Shown here piece by piece: positions 13,030 to 32,505 of a stretch of 64,000 nucleotides of DNA (the first letter of the stretch is position 1; every line of letters starts with the position of its first letter). The position numbers were made by a program, and so were the translations under genes. Source of the DNA: Chrysomallon squamiferum (taxonomy: Eukaryota; Animalia; Mollusca); contig CM022674.1 of NCBI GenBank assembly GCA_012295275.1, positions 4,526,001-4,590,000 of the forward strand, written 5' to 3'. The notes below the pieces were generated by a model. The model saw nothing but the letters and a program-made list of their open reading frames with translations. It was not told where the DNA came from and made no database searches.

Positions 13030-13369
13030 CTGAAACTAATCTGGGCATAGATGTGTATATATATATAAAAAATACATTTCTCTTTTAACTTTTATTCAGC
13101 TTACAATGTAATTCGTTTATATATCGTCATCCATGGACAAAACCACTCAGTTTACTTTTTACCAAATAAAACAAAATTAAAGAAAAATAAAATAACCTTT
13201 TTTTTATTGTAAATGTAGCTGCAGGGTTAAAGAAGGCTACACATGTATAAAACTAAATAAATAAGTAAACACACAGTGAAACTACCTGTTATGCTAGAGA
13301 TGCTGAATGCCTAAAAAGTAGTAGTAAAGGCGTTCGAGGATATACAGGAATGTTTAATATAGATCTAGC

Positions 13370-13885
13370 CAGAATAATAATTAAGTGTAGATTAGCCAGA
13401 GAAAATGACATTATGTCAAAACCGCTAGAGGGAGAATTAACTTGTAAAGAAGTTACTAACGTTCTAACAAAAATGAATCATTCAAAGTCACAGGGAACAG
13501 ACGAATACGCTCCTAAATTTATCAAATTATTTTGGTCTGATATTATCTAATTTATTACAAGAAGTTTGAATCTTAGATATCAGTTTGGTAAGTTATCAGA
13601 TTCACAAAACAATGCGTTTCATTGCACTTTTTCCAGTGAAAGAAAAGGCAACGAAATATACCAATATAGCTCCTAAACATTATTTACAATTAGGGTCAGG
13701 AGATATAGAAAAAAAAAAAAATATTTGTCATCCCAACAAAGTACCCAGAGACCAAACTGGATTTATACAGGGCCGATAATAGACTTAGAAAATGACATAT
13801 TACGTTTTAGAGACACACGATATACCTCGAATGTTATTAATTGTAGATTTGGAAAAAGCTTTTGATACAATTTCGTGGAATCCAA
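13370..13885 (+). mobile_element. Degenerate LINE (L1/Tx1-like) ORF2 reverse-transcriptase fragment
   Basis: Broken frames contain LEGELTCKEVTNVLTKMNHSKSQGTD..FIKLFWSDI, DQTGFIQGR and LLIVDLEKAFDTISW, matching the non-LTR RT motifs KSPGxDG, QxGFxxGR and DxEKAFD. Part of a ~1 kb insertion absent from the paralogous block near 21650. Confidence 0.75.
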
Positions 13886-14303
13886 CATAGTCTTTTTTTT
13901 TAAACAGTTAGAATACATATTAATTTCAGTTCATTTTGAATAAAAAGGCCAATAAAATAGCTAAAAAAAAAACATGAATTCAGTTCAGGATTATCAAAAT
14001 AGTGTTTTAAGAACAATAGATGTTAAGCTTTTTTTTTGTTGTAATTTTTAGTCATTTCTGAAATAAATCTATATTTATAACGTGCAATCAATACTAATTG
14101 TCCGTATAATAAAGATCAGTCAGTTATGCCTGTTAAATATATAATACAAATTTGTATTAGAAATTACATATATTCATTAGAATGAAAAAATAATAAGAAT
14201 AGCAATGGTGATGATAATACAAATATGAATGATGATGACAAGAAACACAAAACCAACAACAATAATAGATATAATAATCACAACAACAACAACAGCAATA
14301 ACA

Positions 14304-14355
<52 letters not shown>

Positions 14356-15071
14356 CAACAACAACAACAACAACAACAATAACAACAGCAACACAACTGG
14401 TTAATTAATAGAAGTATCAATATTATGAAGGTAGGAAGAGAAAACATACTCTGTGTAAATACTGTTTTTGTAAATATTTAAATAATGAACTTTGTCGTGT
14501 GTGAATAAACGAACTCACTTGGTACATGTCAATATTAGTATTAACAATATTCACTTGTTACAAGTTTCTACTATTATTAATATATTTACTTGTTATATGT
14601 TTTGTACTAGTATTAACATATTTATTTTTTACATATTTGTACCAGTATTAACATATTTATTTGTGGCATGTTTCTACTAGTATTAACATATTTACCCTGT
14701 TGCATGTTTATAGTAGTACTGACATTTTTATTTGTTACTGTAAAGTTCAGATGGACATATGTTGCTACATTTTTAGTGCTCTGTTGTGGCAAGATATATT
14801 ATTTTTAGCACAGAGGTAGGTATACGATATTTATTTCTGGTAATTTCTATCTTAGACAGGTAGCTGTAGGTTTCATTGTTGTCGTAGGTGTACTTATAGG
14901 TATGTGAGTATTTAATATTAAGTAAAATACGTTTTTTTATTTAAATGATGTTACTTTGGTAATGTGTCACCGCTACCTCTAATACAGATTCAGAAATTTG
15001 TTATTTAATAAATGATATATGTGTGTGTTTGTATATATATCTATATATCTATATCTATATATATATATATA

Positions 15072-15143
<72 letters not shown>

Positions 15144-15362
15144 TGTATGTATGTATGTATGTGTAAGTATGTTTGTAGTCAACTTAAGCGTACTGACTTA
15201 AGTTATTTACATATATGAAATCTGTTCTCTGATTAGTCACAGAACCAAGATATTTCTACCGATACAGAGATATATACACTTGTCGCGTCGTTTTCTAGTG
15301 GAATTAAGATTATGTACTTATTTACTTGATTCTTTCTGGTTAGACGAATTCCTCAATTCAAG

Positions 15363-18334
<2,972 letters not shown>

Positions 18335-18929
18335 ATGATGCATTTTTTTTGTCATACAGAAATACACATCCGTCAAAGAAAAAGTTGAATTGATGGATAT
18401 GTTGTATTACTTTATATTGCTCTATGGTATACAGTGTTTACCTGTGCAAAAAAAAAAGAAGATAATATACGATATTCCATTTTTAATAAACGTACACAGA
18501 TACAGAAGTCACTGAAGCAGATGTCACCACTCTCACACACATGGATATACATTAGTACTGCAGTTATATATATATATATATATATATATATAGGTACCGG
18601 TTAGAGCAGTTACAAATAACCTCTACTTTCCATATATTAATATGTATCTTACTCCAATAGGAGTAATAGCGAGAAAATAAGAAAATAAATCCGGAAAAAA
18701 TAAGACATCAAGTAACTGTGGAGTTTTGAGTTGATAAAGATGTGGTAATGTGTTTGTAGTTATAAGGGCAGTTCTATGACTCACATTAAACAAAGACTGA
18801 AACTTTAGTCACAAAACTGAAAATTGCACTCTGTGACCACGATGACTACATACATGCATTTGAGTGTTTTTGAGCACTGGCCATAAATGCAGCACCGGCC
18901 AGTAAGACAAGTAAATGAGCCGAGTATCA

Positions 18930-19260
18930 CTAGATGGACATTGTAACAAGTGAGTAGATGGAGATTGTATCAGACACGCTAGATAGAGATTGTAACAAGT
19001 AAGTAGATGGAGATTGTATCAGACACGCTAGATGGAGATTGTAACAAGTGAGTAGATGGAGATTGTATCAGACAGGCTAGATGGACCTTGTAACAAGTAA
19101 GTAGATGGAGATTTTATCAGACACGCTAGATGGACTTTGTAACAAGTAAGTAGATGGAGATTGTATCAGACACGCTAGATGAACCTTGTAACAAGTAAGT
19201 AGATGGACATAGTATAAAACTAAATCGCTGAATTTTGTAGCAGTCAGTTAGATGAACTTG
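18930..19260 (+). repeat. 49-bp (24+25) higher-order minisatellite
   Basis: AGTAGATGGAGATTGTATCAGACACGCTAGATGGA..TTGTAACAAGT recurring at 18953, 19002, 19051, 19100, 19149. Confidence 0.88.
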
Positions 19261-19684
19261 TGCCACATCAAGTAGTTGGACCTAGTAGAAGGAATTAAAA
19301 CAAACCAGCAAAGCAAAAAAAGTAAAGTATTCAAAATTGTTTCTAACAGGATTTACTTCACTCATGCACTTTTAATACAGTACCAAGATGTTACCATTTA
19401 AAATATTTCATTACATTTATTGATACAGATTGCTTGATTCGTCAATTAGTTATTAAAAGTCTGCTCATAAAAACTAATAAATAAATAAATGAATTGTGAT
19501 TTTGTTTCAGATATATTTTAGTTTGATCTGCAATAATTACGAAATCATTATGCATAACTAAAACAATTAACTTCATTTGTTTTTTGTAATACTTAGAATT
19601 GCAGGATTAAAAAAAAAAAATAATAATAACTGGATATTAAGACCTGCTTAGGTCTAATGGTTCGACTAACGTATGTACTTATAC

Positions 19685-19741
<57 letters not shown>

Positions 19742-21154
19742 CGGTTGTTTTTATATTTTTTTGGATTAATTAATTGTATAAAAATTACACGTTATATTAT
19801 ATTCATTTAATGCAAAATAATATACTTTCTGCAGCTGTTATATCATATACTATTCAACACACACATTTTCAATCAGTGTTTGTTTGATGATTTGGTTTGT
19901 TGAGTAAAACGTGTCTTGTACTAAACGTAAGTTTATCCTGTAAATGTTTTCTAGAAATGCGTCTATGTTGTTCGTCAACATTACGAAAACAACGATCAAC
20001 ATTTTAAATAAAATAAAATAAAATAAAGTAAAAAGAGAAATATGGAAATGTGTTTCTCTGTTATCTATGTGTCTGTCTATATCTCTGTTTATCTATTTAT
20101 CTATTCATGTGTGTATGATTTTGTTGGTGTTTGAATATATAATATTTCGGAAAACTAGAAAAACAGGATGAACGATCAACATATTAAAATAACATCTGCA
20201 AAATATTAAATAAAACTATTAATAACTATAATGAAATATTTTAAAATGGTTACATCTGGGTATTTACATGAGTGAAATAAATGCTCTTAGAAACAATTCA
20301 GAATATCGTGCCCTTTACTTCTTTGTTTTGACGAGGTATTTAATTATTTCCACTGTTCCAACTGCTTAATCTTATACAAGATTCATCTATTTGCTTGTTA
20401 CACGTTCCAGCTATTTAGTCTGATGCTAGGTCCATCTACTTTCTTATTACAAGTTTCAGCTAGGTCCATCTACTTGCTAACAAGATCCAGCTGACCATCA
20501 TTGTCAGATATGTATTAGAAGCTATCGTCAGCTATTTGGCGCTGATTAACATTAAAAACAGTTTGAACTTGATGTCATTTTAAAGCTGTAAAAACGTGAT
20601 GATGTTTATCAGCTTCTGAAATTTGGTGACATTTGTTTCTGTTCAAACTTTAATACTTTCAGATAGTTTTTTTCATTAATTTATTTTCATTTTGTTTATT
20701 TATTTATTTAGTTAGTTAGATATTTACATTGTTTACACGAAACTCGCGAGATCTTGACCGCTTTAAGCTTAAAAGATACGCTTAAGAGTCAGTCAGGGCA
20801 TATTTTCCCGTAAAAAAAGGACTTTACGGATGATTAAACAGAACCCAAATTATTTACTTATATCGACATTTAAAGACATATTGTTTACTTATCATAATTA
20901 TTAATAGATATTTCTTAGCATATGTCGTTGTTTTATATGTTCTCTGTTTTATTAGTAGAATGTTTTGTGGAAATCTGGATCTCGTTGGCCGTCTACAAAT
21001 TACATATACACGAAAATTGCTACTGTAATAAGATTATCTAAAGTTAGCATATAGAAAATATAAAATATCAATCGAACACACTTTCATAGACATTTGGGTT
21101 TCAGAATTGAAACAAAGACAAAATTACACAGAAATAATTCAAAAAAATACTTAC

Positions 21155-21313
21155 AGGATGAATTAATATTAGGTATGAGGACATAACATCCAAACAGTAA
21201 AACGAAGTTTTATCATCAGTGAAATGGAAGATAATCCATTACCATATTATTTTCAAGTTGCCCTTCTCTCTCTCACAGGCATATCTACCATTACTGGAAA
21301 AAATATTTAAATG
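21155..21313 (-). pseudogene. Degenerate orphan exon 2 of the family (paralog of 12878-13029)
   Basis: ttttag acceptor, NGRYACEREKGNL (compare CETEWGNF), TCCT|gtaagt donor; stops and frameshifts; lies in a block duplicated with 12660-14510. Confidence 0.55.
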
Positions 21314-22022
21314 CTAAAATTAACAAGAATATAGATATGTGTATCTATGTATATATGTATATATGAACGAGTGACGTTCTAAGAACAAAAATGGGGTAAA
21401 AGACATTTCTATTTTACCTTTCATTCCACTTACAATGCAGTTTATTTTCATATTCTGTCATCCATAAACAAAACCACATATACTATCATCCAAAATATTT
21501 ACCACAGAAATATTTTGATAATAATACCATTAAAGGAGGCTACACATGTATAAACTAAATAAATACCACTATTTATGGTAAAGATGATGAATACCTAAGA
21601 CAACACCAAAGACTTTCGAGGAATTAGAGAAATGTTCAGCATAGATCTATAAAAAACTGGTTAATAAATTGAAGTATCAATATTATGATGATAGGAAGAG
21701 AAAACTTACCCTGTGTAAATACCGTTTGTGAAAATATTTAAATGGTGAGCTTTATCATGTGTGCATAAAAATAACAGGAAATATTAAAAGTGTTAACAAA
21801 ACAGTTTTGACAGAATTTGTTGAAAAGCGGCACAAATCAAGCCATGCAGAATACATTTAAATATTAAATGATTTTGTGTCATGAACATGTTTAATACATA
21901 CGTACATACATACATACATACATATATAAATAAATATATAAATGAATCCGAATATATTTATGTAATAATAATTATGTTTATCATGCGATATGGTATGGTT
22001 TATTTATATATTTATTTAATTT

Positions 22023-22061
<39 letters not shown>

Positions 22062-22851
22062 TTTGTTCGTTGATTTATAACATATATATTTAACATTTTC
22101 TCCAATCAATGCTTACTACTTAAAATGATTAAGCTAACATCATTGTGGTATATAACTTGCACCGTACACAACACTGATGGGTCGGTCTAGTGATTTTGAA
22201 TTGTGTGAAGCATTGAGGTTAAGATTTGAATCAAAAGAATGTTGGTTACAAAAAACTCTCTGTAATGCAGTAGCTGCCGAAGGGGTTAATACATATTTCA
22301 GTGTCGTGGCGGTTAACACATTATTACTCTGATGCACAGTGGTTAAGAAATATCCGAGTATAATATTTTTTAAATTATTATTATTATTAATGGGTTGTTT
22401 TTTTTTTTGTTGTTGTTTTTTTTTGTTGTTGTTGTTTTTGTTTTTTGTTTTTTTTTTTATCGAAATGGATTCTGACATGGTTGAATATTTACGTTTCTAA
22501 TATTAAAATTTAATCTGCAGTCACTGGGAATAAATAAATAAATAATATAAATAAATATATTTCACAAAAGTCAAATTCTAAAATGGTCATATTTTAATGT
22601 ATACAAATTCTTGTAGAGGTAAAATAAAAAAAAAAAAAAAAAAAAAAAAATGCAATTAAATAACTTACCTTTACAGATTAATCCGATAAGCGGATTAAGC
22701 TAATCCAGAACTTTTGTTATTATTTCTACTGAAAATCTCGCTCACTTACAACTTTCCCTTGAGGGTTCATGAAAAGCAGGACCGCAAGAGACCCATGACA
22801 AACACAAAGATTACTGTTACCTGCTGGACGTTAGTAGGTTTTTTCTGAAGT

Positions 22852-23007
22852 ATGTCTGCCGTCAAGAAGATTATCATGTTGTTGGCGATATTTGTTGTAT
22901 GCTATGGAGGTAATATATTTTATTTACTTACGCACGTGAATTTGTTCTCGTTTTTATGGTTTATTCATACATATATAGACATTTAATTGTATATTCCTTT
23001 GTGTTTC

Positions 23008-23059
<52 letters not shown>

Positions 23060-23718
23060 TACACACAGATTGTGTGTGTATTAACAGCTGTCACCAGGAG
23101 TAATAGTTAGCATGATTGTAGCAACAATAGCTCTGGTATAATCCATAGATGCTGCAGTTGTAGTTGGTGTTGTGGTTGTAGTAATAGAAGTAGTAGTAGT
23201 AGTGAAAACAATAGTAGAAGTAGTTGTTGCAGTGGTAGTAACGGTATTAGTGGTAACAGGTGTAGTAATATTAGTAGTAGTAGTAGAAGTAGTTGTAGTA
23301 ATAATAGCCGTGGCAGTACTAGCAGTAGTAGGAGGTAGTTGTAGTGGTGGTAATAGTAGTAGTTATTATTGTAATAACAGTTGCAGTTGTAGTAGTGGTC
23401 GTAGGCATTATTGTAGTCATTATGATTTATTAGTAGAAGTGTTAATAGTAGTTGTAGTAGTAGTAATATTGATATTGTTATTATTTTATTATTTTTTTTT
23501 ACTGTTTTTGTTTAGATGATGTAAACTGCTTCTCCAGAAATGAAAGGTTCAATATAATAAATGACAACAAAATGTCCAGAGAAAGCTTTAGAATTCTAAA
23601 AATCAAACCTGACATTCATACTCTCGGATACTACCAACTGCATTCAGCTTTAGGGAACACAAACAACAGAGGTCTAGGTGATTACGATTATTTTTTTTAT
23701 TATCAATCTTTCTATCTA

Positions 23719-23757
<39 letters not shown>

Positions 23758-23952
23758 TGTATGGAGGAGGTGTTTTGTCTATGAGTGTGTTAAACTATAA
23801 AGGCATTATACGTTATGTCACATTTAAAACAAGATAATGTTATTTTCTATTCAGCCGTGACAGAATGGGCTAAATGGAGTATGAAGACAAACTATTCTGC
23901 GAAAAGTGAAAACATTTTTCAAACTAGACGAAGAAAGTCGAAAATGATTTAG
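22852..23952 (+). CDS. Candidate unrelated small secreted protein (3 exons, ~105 aa)
   Basis: Exon 1 22852-22909 MSAVKKIIMLLAIFVVCYG|gtaata (signal-peptide-like, phase 1); exon 2 23516-23677 after a polypyrimidine tract + tttag, open in phase (DDVNCFSRNERFNIINDNKMSRESFRILKIKPDIHTLGYYQLHSALGNTNNRGL); exon 3 23855-23952 after ttttctattcag (AVTEWAKWSMKTNYSAKSENIFQTRRRKSKMI*). No homology recognised. Confidence 0.45.
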
Positions 23953-24049
23953 TTATTGAAAGAAATACAGCATCACGATTTTCTCTGGAAGGAAAATGTT
24001 GACCCCACTGTCACAGATTCAGGAGACAGTGTTGTTCATCTTCATAACG

Positions 24050-24745
24050 TAATGTGAGCTTAGAAACATACACGACATTTAACTGTGACTACAAAGCTGA
24101 GAAATCACACATCAAATTCCATTAGAACTACTGAGCTTAGAAACATACACAGCAAATTCCACTATGACTACTGAGCTTAGAAACATACACAGCAAATTCC
24201 ACTATGACTACTGAGCTTAGAAACATACACAGCAAATTCCACTATGACTACTGAGCTTAGAAACATACACAGCAAATTCCACTATGACTACGGAGCGTAG
24301 AAACATACTGCAAATTCCATTATGACTACAGAGCTTGGACATATACACCAGATCCCATTATGACTATACAGTTTAGAAATCATACAGCAAATTCCATTAT
24401 GACTACAGAGGTTGGACATATACATCAGATCCCATTATGACTATACAGTTTAGAAATCATACAGCAAATTTCATTATTATTACAGAGCTTTAGCAACACA
24501 CATCAAGTTGCATTATGACTACGAAGCTTAGGAACTTACAACAAATTCCATTTTGACTACAGTGCTTAGAAACGTACAGCAAATTCAATTACGAGCACCG
24601 AGCTTTGAAGATATAATTGCATCAAATTTCATTACGATTAAGAAACATATGTCAATTTCCGTTATGAGTACACGGTTTTGTAACATATATTAAATGTCAT
24701 TGCCACTAAATTCCATAGAAACATATACTGTATTCCATTATGACC
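24050..24745 (+). repeat. 40-bp minisatellite
   Basis: CTGAGCTTAGAAACATACACAGCAAATTCCACTATGACTA exact at 24131, 24171, 24211, 24251; degenerate toward both ends. Confidence 0.9.
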
Positions 24746-26217
24746 TCACTACGCAACATCTCTCCTGCGAAAAAAATGAGTAAACTGTATTAATCCGCCA
24801 AGACACCTGAATAGAGGAAATCTTTAGATAAATGTGACATCTATCAAAGGCCAAGAAGATGTTATTTTCTGTTTCACTGAGATTGATCTGTATCACTCTT
24901 CACATGCAGCAGAGATGTTTAACTGTCAAAGACTACCGTGAACTATCAGATAGCATATTCTTGAGTGATATCAAAGACTAATCAGTGCTATATTCATGAG
25001 ATTTTACCGTGAATGTATACATCGAAGAATGGATCAGTTAAAAAACTCTATAGTGGCTGAGCTCAGATATAGGTAGTAAAAACATAGAAAAAAACACGAT
25101 ATCATTAGACTTGTTAAATATTTTCTGTCAACACTGCTCTGGATCACTACTATATTGTTATATTATTTGTCATACATGAAAAATAGCTCTGTTTATTGTA
25201 GAATAAAAATAATGTAGTTGTCTCCCTTGATTACATCATCTGATCATTGGAATTGATTTTATTTTAATAATTTTAATTTTTATTATTTTATTCTGTTTCG
25301 TTATATTTTATTTTATTTTATTTTAAATTAGTAAGATGTTTATCAGATATGATATAGGTGTTAAATTTAATTTTAGAAGTTAGTATATATATATATATAT
25401 TGGATTAAAATATATTATATTAAAAATATTGTCAAAATAAATTGCTGTTTAATACCATTTTTCCTTATTAGGGGAAATGAAGTCCAATATCCATATTGTT
25501 GTAAATAACCATAGCAGAATTTCCAATAAATATTTCATGTTTTGATGACATAATAATTAGTAATGAAACAAGCTGTCTGATTTTTAAAACGTTCTGTTTA
25601 GAACAAAAGCCGACGTTAAAACAGAAAAATAAAGAAATTTTCTATCATGACAAAACAGAAACTCTTATGTCAGCTTTTAAAAGAACACGTATTTTAAACT
25701 TTTATCTTTTAAATATTTAATTGAAACTTCAATTGTGAAACAAACAAACGTTATATATCGATGTGTTAATGATTTTAAAAAAAAAGATGCTTTTGGTGAA
25801 ATGATTTTAGAAAAAGTGTTAAAAAAATTTCTAAAAGTCACTGCTTTTGTTGTATCTTTAAAAATATCTTCCTAAACAAAAAGATTTCAAAACCTTATTT
25901 AAAAAATGCTGAATCAAAAAAAAAAAAAAAATATGGCTGTATTTTTTTTGATAAATAAAAATGAAATTGTGCAATAACATTACTGAATTGTTGTTTTATA
26001 TAATAAGTTTTCGATTATTGCATTCACATCAAAAAAAGGAAGAAGAAAAGATAAATCGAACGAGATTTTAATATTAGATGGAACGGGTGAAGAATATTCA
26101 GGCTGTATTGATTCCGATTTTAGAACACCACATACTATTATTTACAGTAATTATAAACTGTTTGAACATGATTTTTTTAACTATATGTGTTATTCTCAAT
26201 ATCTGTGTGTATGTATG

Positions 26218-26248
<31 letters not shown>

Positions 26249-27666
26249 CCAGATTTATATAAAGATATATAAATATATTTTTATATATATATATATCTGT
26301 CTAACAGTATCAGTATCAGCTATTAATGAAATGTGTATTGCATATAAACAAAATATTTCTTTTTTGGAGAGGTCGGATTTATTATAATATTACATATTAC
26401 CATCGAGATGATTTCGACATTGTTTTGTCAAGAAAAAGTTGAATAGATGAACAAGAGACAAAAAGTATTTTAATACTTCAAATATATAATTAGTTTGAAA
26501 ATGTTTTGCAAAGATTAAAAATAAAACTACGTAAATAAATAAATAAATAAATAAAAATAATCTTAAAAGTAATAAATGAATGAAAGAACAAGTATCACTC
26601 GTTGGAAACAAATATATGTTATTACAATGCCTATATACCTAATAACCTCAAGATTAGTCCATATGTTTCTAATACGACACTGTGTATATGAGTGAGTGTA
26701 AACTGATAGGTTGTATTATGGAATATTCAATAAAATAAAATAAAATAAAAATATTCGAGTCTCTTCGCCGGCATCTGGGGGGGGGTTGTGATGTCGTGAT
26801 TGGACTTTGTCCTCCTATATTAGTGCGTTCCCCAATATTGTCTATGTGCAGAGTCTAATCAGATGTACATACGACAACAGAACAGTCATTCTTAACCACA
26901 CACACACACATACACACACACACACACAGACACACACACACACACATGCACCCATTCACAAATCCATATGTAACGTAAAAAACAAGCAATAAAACGTAGC
27001 ATACAAAACTGGAAACTAATGCAGTACGACTCAGTTAATATGATTACTGTGGGTAGTAAGCAGACGATGTTAAAACTGTGAAAAAAAAAGTCCCTTTCCA
27101 TGCCGCACATCACTGATCAACGTAATTGTTGCCCCGTCATGTTTAAAAACTACGTTTGTTAGACGACGTTTTGTTTCTGCTGATACTTGTAAAGTTTGAA
27201 TTCCATCATGTCCTCCAACAGATACAATAAGCAAATGAGTTTCTATGAAAACACATCTAACTCCGGAATGATATAATGGATGAGTTCAGCAACAACGATC
27301 AGAGTTGTTTTTCTTATGAACTGTAACTTCCAGACGTTTCACCTACGAAATCTTTTGTTATTCTAAAAGGTTATTTTAAAACTAGATCATTCATATCGAC
27401 TTGGTGCCATGACATGTTTATCTTTTTCTTTTTCTTTTTTTTTCTTTTCTTTATTGTTGCATCTCGAGTTTCTTTCATCTCACGTTGTAAAATGGGTGAT
27501 AACAGTGAGGAAGCAGGATACACAAAGAAAGTAGCTGATTGTCGTGCTCAGAAAATCGAGTCTGCCAAGACAATGAAAAAGTGAAATGTCAACAAATACA
27601 GTCGCAGTGCAGGACATAGTGCATTTATAAAATAAACTACATATTCGTTAATATATATATAAACAC

Positions 27667-27731
<65 letters not shown>

Positions 27732-28089
27732 ACACTCACACACACACACAGACAGAGAGACACACACACACACATATATATAATACTGAACGGCATAAAA
27801 TGTTTATTAACTGAATTATATATTGGTTTAAACTAATCTACATGTTCTAGTAGTAGTAGTAGTAGTAAACTGAAACGACGTACGTTTGACTGTGTTTGTT
27901 ACTAATTTAACCTAACACATCACAGTACTTTCCAAAAACAGGTGGTAGCCCTACTGAAGGAATATGTCTCACAATTTAAGTGATAATTCTGCGGATCCTA
28001 TTCTACACACAATCCTTTTATATATACCAATGCATACGGTAAGCATGTGGTTATCTGAAAACAATTGGTAGAAAAAAAAGTTTTGTTAC

Positions 28090-30145
<2,056 letters not shown>

Positions 30146-30382
30146 GTCTATCTATCTACCTATCACTCTTGCATATATATGTATATGCAAGGGAGAGAGA
30201 GAGATTTATGTGTGTTTCTATCTGTTCTTATATGTGGGTGTGTTTTTTTTCTGTCTATTTTTCTATGTATTTATATATATTGGTGTCACTTTCTATTTAT
30301 CGGATGTTATTTGTCTCCATTTTTGACTCCGTATTTTAACTGAATATATAATACACACACATATACACATTTACACATATAC

Positions 30383-30450
<68 letters not shown>

Positions 30451-31721
30451 CACACACTGAAACGAAAAGAAACTTTTCTTCTTTATTTTATTACTATTGT
30501 TACTTCTGCTGCTATTGCATCTGCTGTTACTCCACTACTGTAACTGTTAGTCCTACTGCTACTACTACTACTAATACATCCACCACTGCTATTACTATTT
30601 ATGCAGCACTAAATAAATAGGTTAATGTTAGAAGAAACACGTAACAAATCAAAATGTTAATACTTATAAAATGTAAGAAGTAAATTAAGATGATGATTTT
30701 TCGTGTTAATTTTTTTTTTTTTCTTTTCAGTAACAGAGTTTTGTTGTATGCCTGGTTGTATACACACTACATGTATTAGATTTTTTGCAGAAAATCTTGT
30801 ATTTTCGATATTGGATTTTATCTGTACCAATAACCAAATATAATTACGTTTGAAAACCCGGACTGATTTCAAGGGCGACAATCACTGATTTCTTCAAGCA
30901 GCAGCAGTACTCTGTCGAACTAGTTACTGCTGAAACGTTTCAAGTTCAAATTCCGTCAAACGCGCCAACATGTTTATAAGTAGTAAAGACTGTCAAGGCA
31001 AAATTATTTGTGACATAAACCTCACCTCGTAAAAATAAAACTGAAATGAAATATATTATATTGCTCCACAGAATATTTTACAAACTGAAATATAAGATTC
31101 CGACAGAAACCCGGGTATTTTGAGCGTATATGTACCAATAACTAGAAAGGTTTACGCTTGCAAATAACTTTAATACACATATATGGGATTAGAAATACCT
31201 ATACCTAACCAGGACACAAAAAGAAGAAAAGAAGACAAACAAAAAAAGACTCACAAAAATAATAGAGAGAACTGAATGAAAAATCAAATAGTTGTGATTT
31301 AGGTAAGAATATTGTATACATTTGTATTAAGGCAGTAGCTGGAGTTACTGAGCTAGTAGGTGAATACAGTATCAGGCAAGTAGTTGTATCAAACACTAGG
31401 CAGACAATTCAACTTAGTGTCAGGCCTGTAGCTGAATTTAGTGACAGGATAGCAGTTCAACATATGCTCAGTATTGTTTGTAGCTGAACTTAGGAGCAAG
31501 GATTTGAATCTAGAAGCAAAGGTTTGTTAATCTGCTTGCGAGTCAAGTACGCGATCACAGACAGAAGAAAATATCTGAAGTTAGAGACAACAAAGTAGCT
31601 GAACCTTTTGTCAGGACGTAATTAATACTAGCAGATAGCAGAACTTAGGGATAATCTTGTCTACTCCAATCACCAATCGATATTTTTGACATATAACTGA
31701 TATGTATATATATATAGATAG

Positions 31722-31823
<102 letters not shown>

Positions 31824-32096
31824 ACACACACACATACACACATGTCGAGATGGAATCATTACTGAAAGACAAAATCTACATTATTTAGTATAGCACTGTG
31901 GTATAATTTTCATACAATTAATGCAAAGATGTGAAAATAAACTATCTTTTGGGGTTTGTCTCTGTGCGTGTGCGTGTGTGCGCATATGTGCGTACTGATA
32001 TCAGTATCTAATTAATACTGTGCATAAGTATGTATGCATGCATGTATGTATCTATGTATGCATGTATATATCTGTGTATGCATGTATGTATAAATA

Positions 32097-32131
<35 letters not shown>

Positions 32132-32462
32132 GGGCAGACAGACAGACAGACATCAAACAGAAATATATAGACATGTAAATAAATAGAGGTGTGTGTTTTA
32201 AGCAATAATAACAAGATAATGTCAGTTATTTCAGGAGGGTGGATTTCAATGACAAAACTTTAATATCAGTATCCAGATGTTACCCACATATAGCTGCATA
32301 AACGAGGTTAATATATTTTATTACTATTATTTATTATTATTATTATATTATTATTTCATTGTTATTCATTTTTTTCACAATTTACTTATTGATTCACCAT
32401 TATATTATTTATTTATTTATTTATTCGTATATTTATCTATTTATTTACTTTTATTGTTGTTG

Positions 32463-32505
<43 letters not shown>

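Noticed and set aside
24050-24745. Regularly spaced repeats (also 18930-19260, 48653-48800) considered as CRISPR-like arrays
   Set aside because: Head-to-tail tandem units without unique spacers, eukaryotic context and no cas genes; these are minisatellites.
25440-25580. Minus-strand LVSLLIIMSS resembling the family signal exon
   Set aside because: No ATG context or donor, and the similarity is too short for AT-rich DNA.
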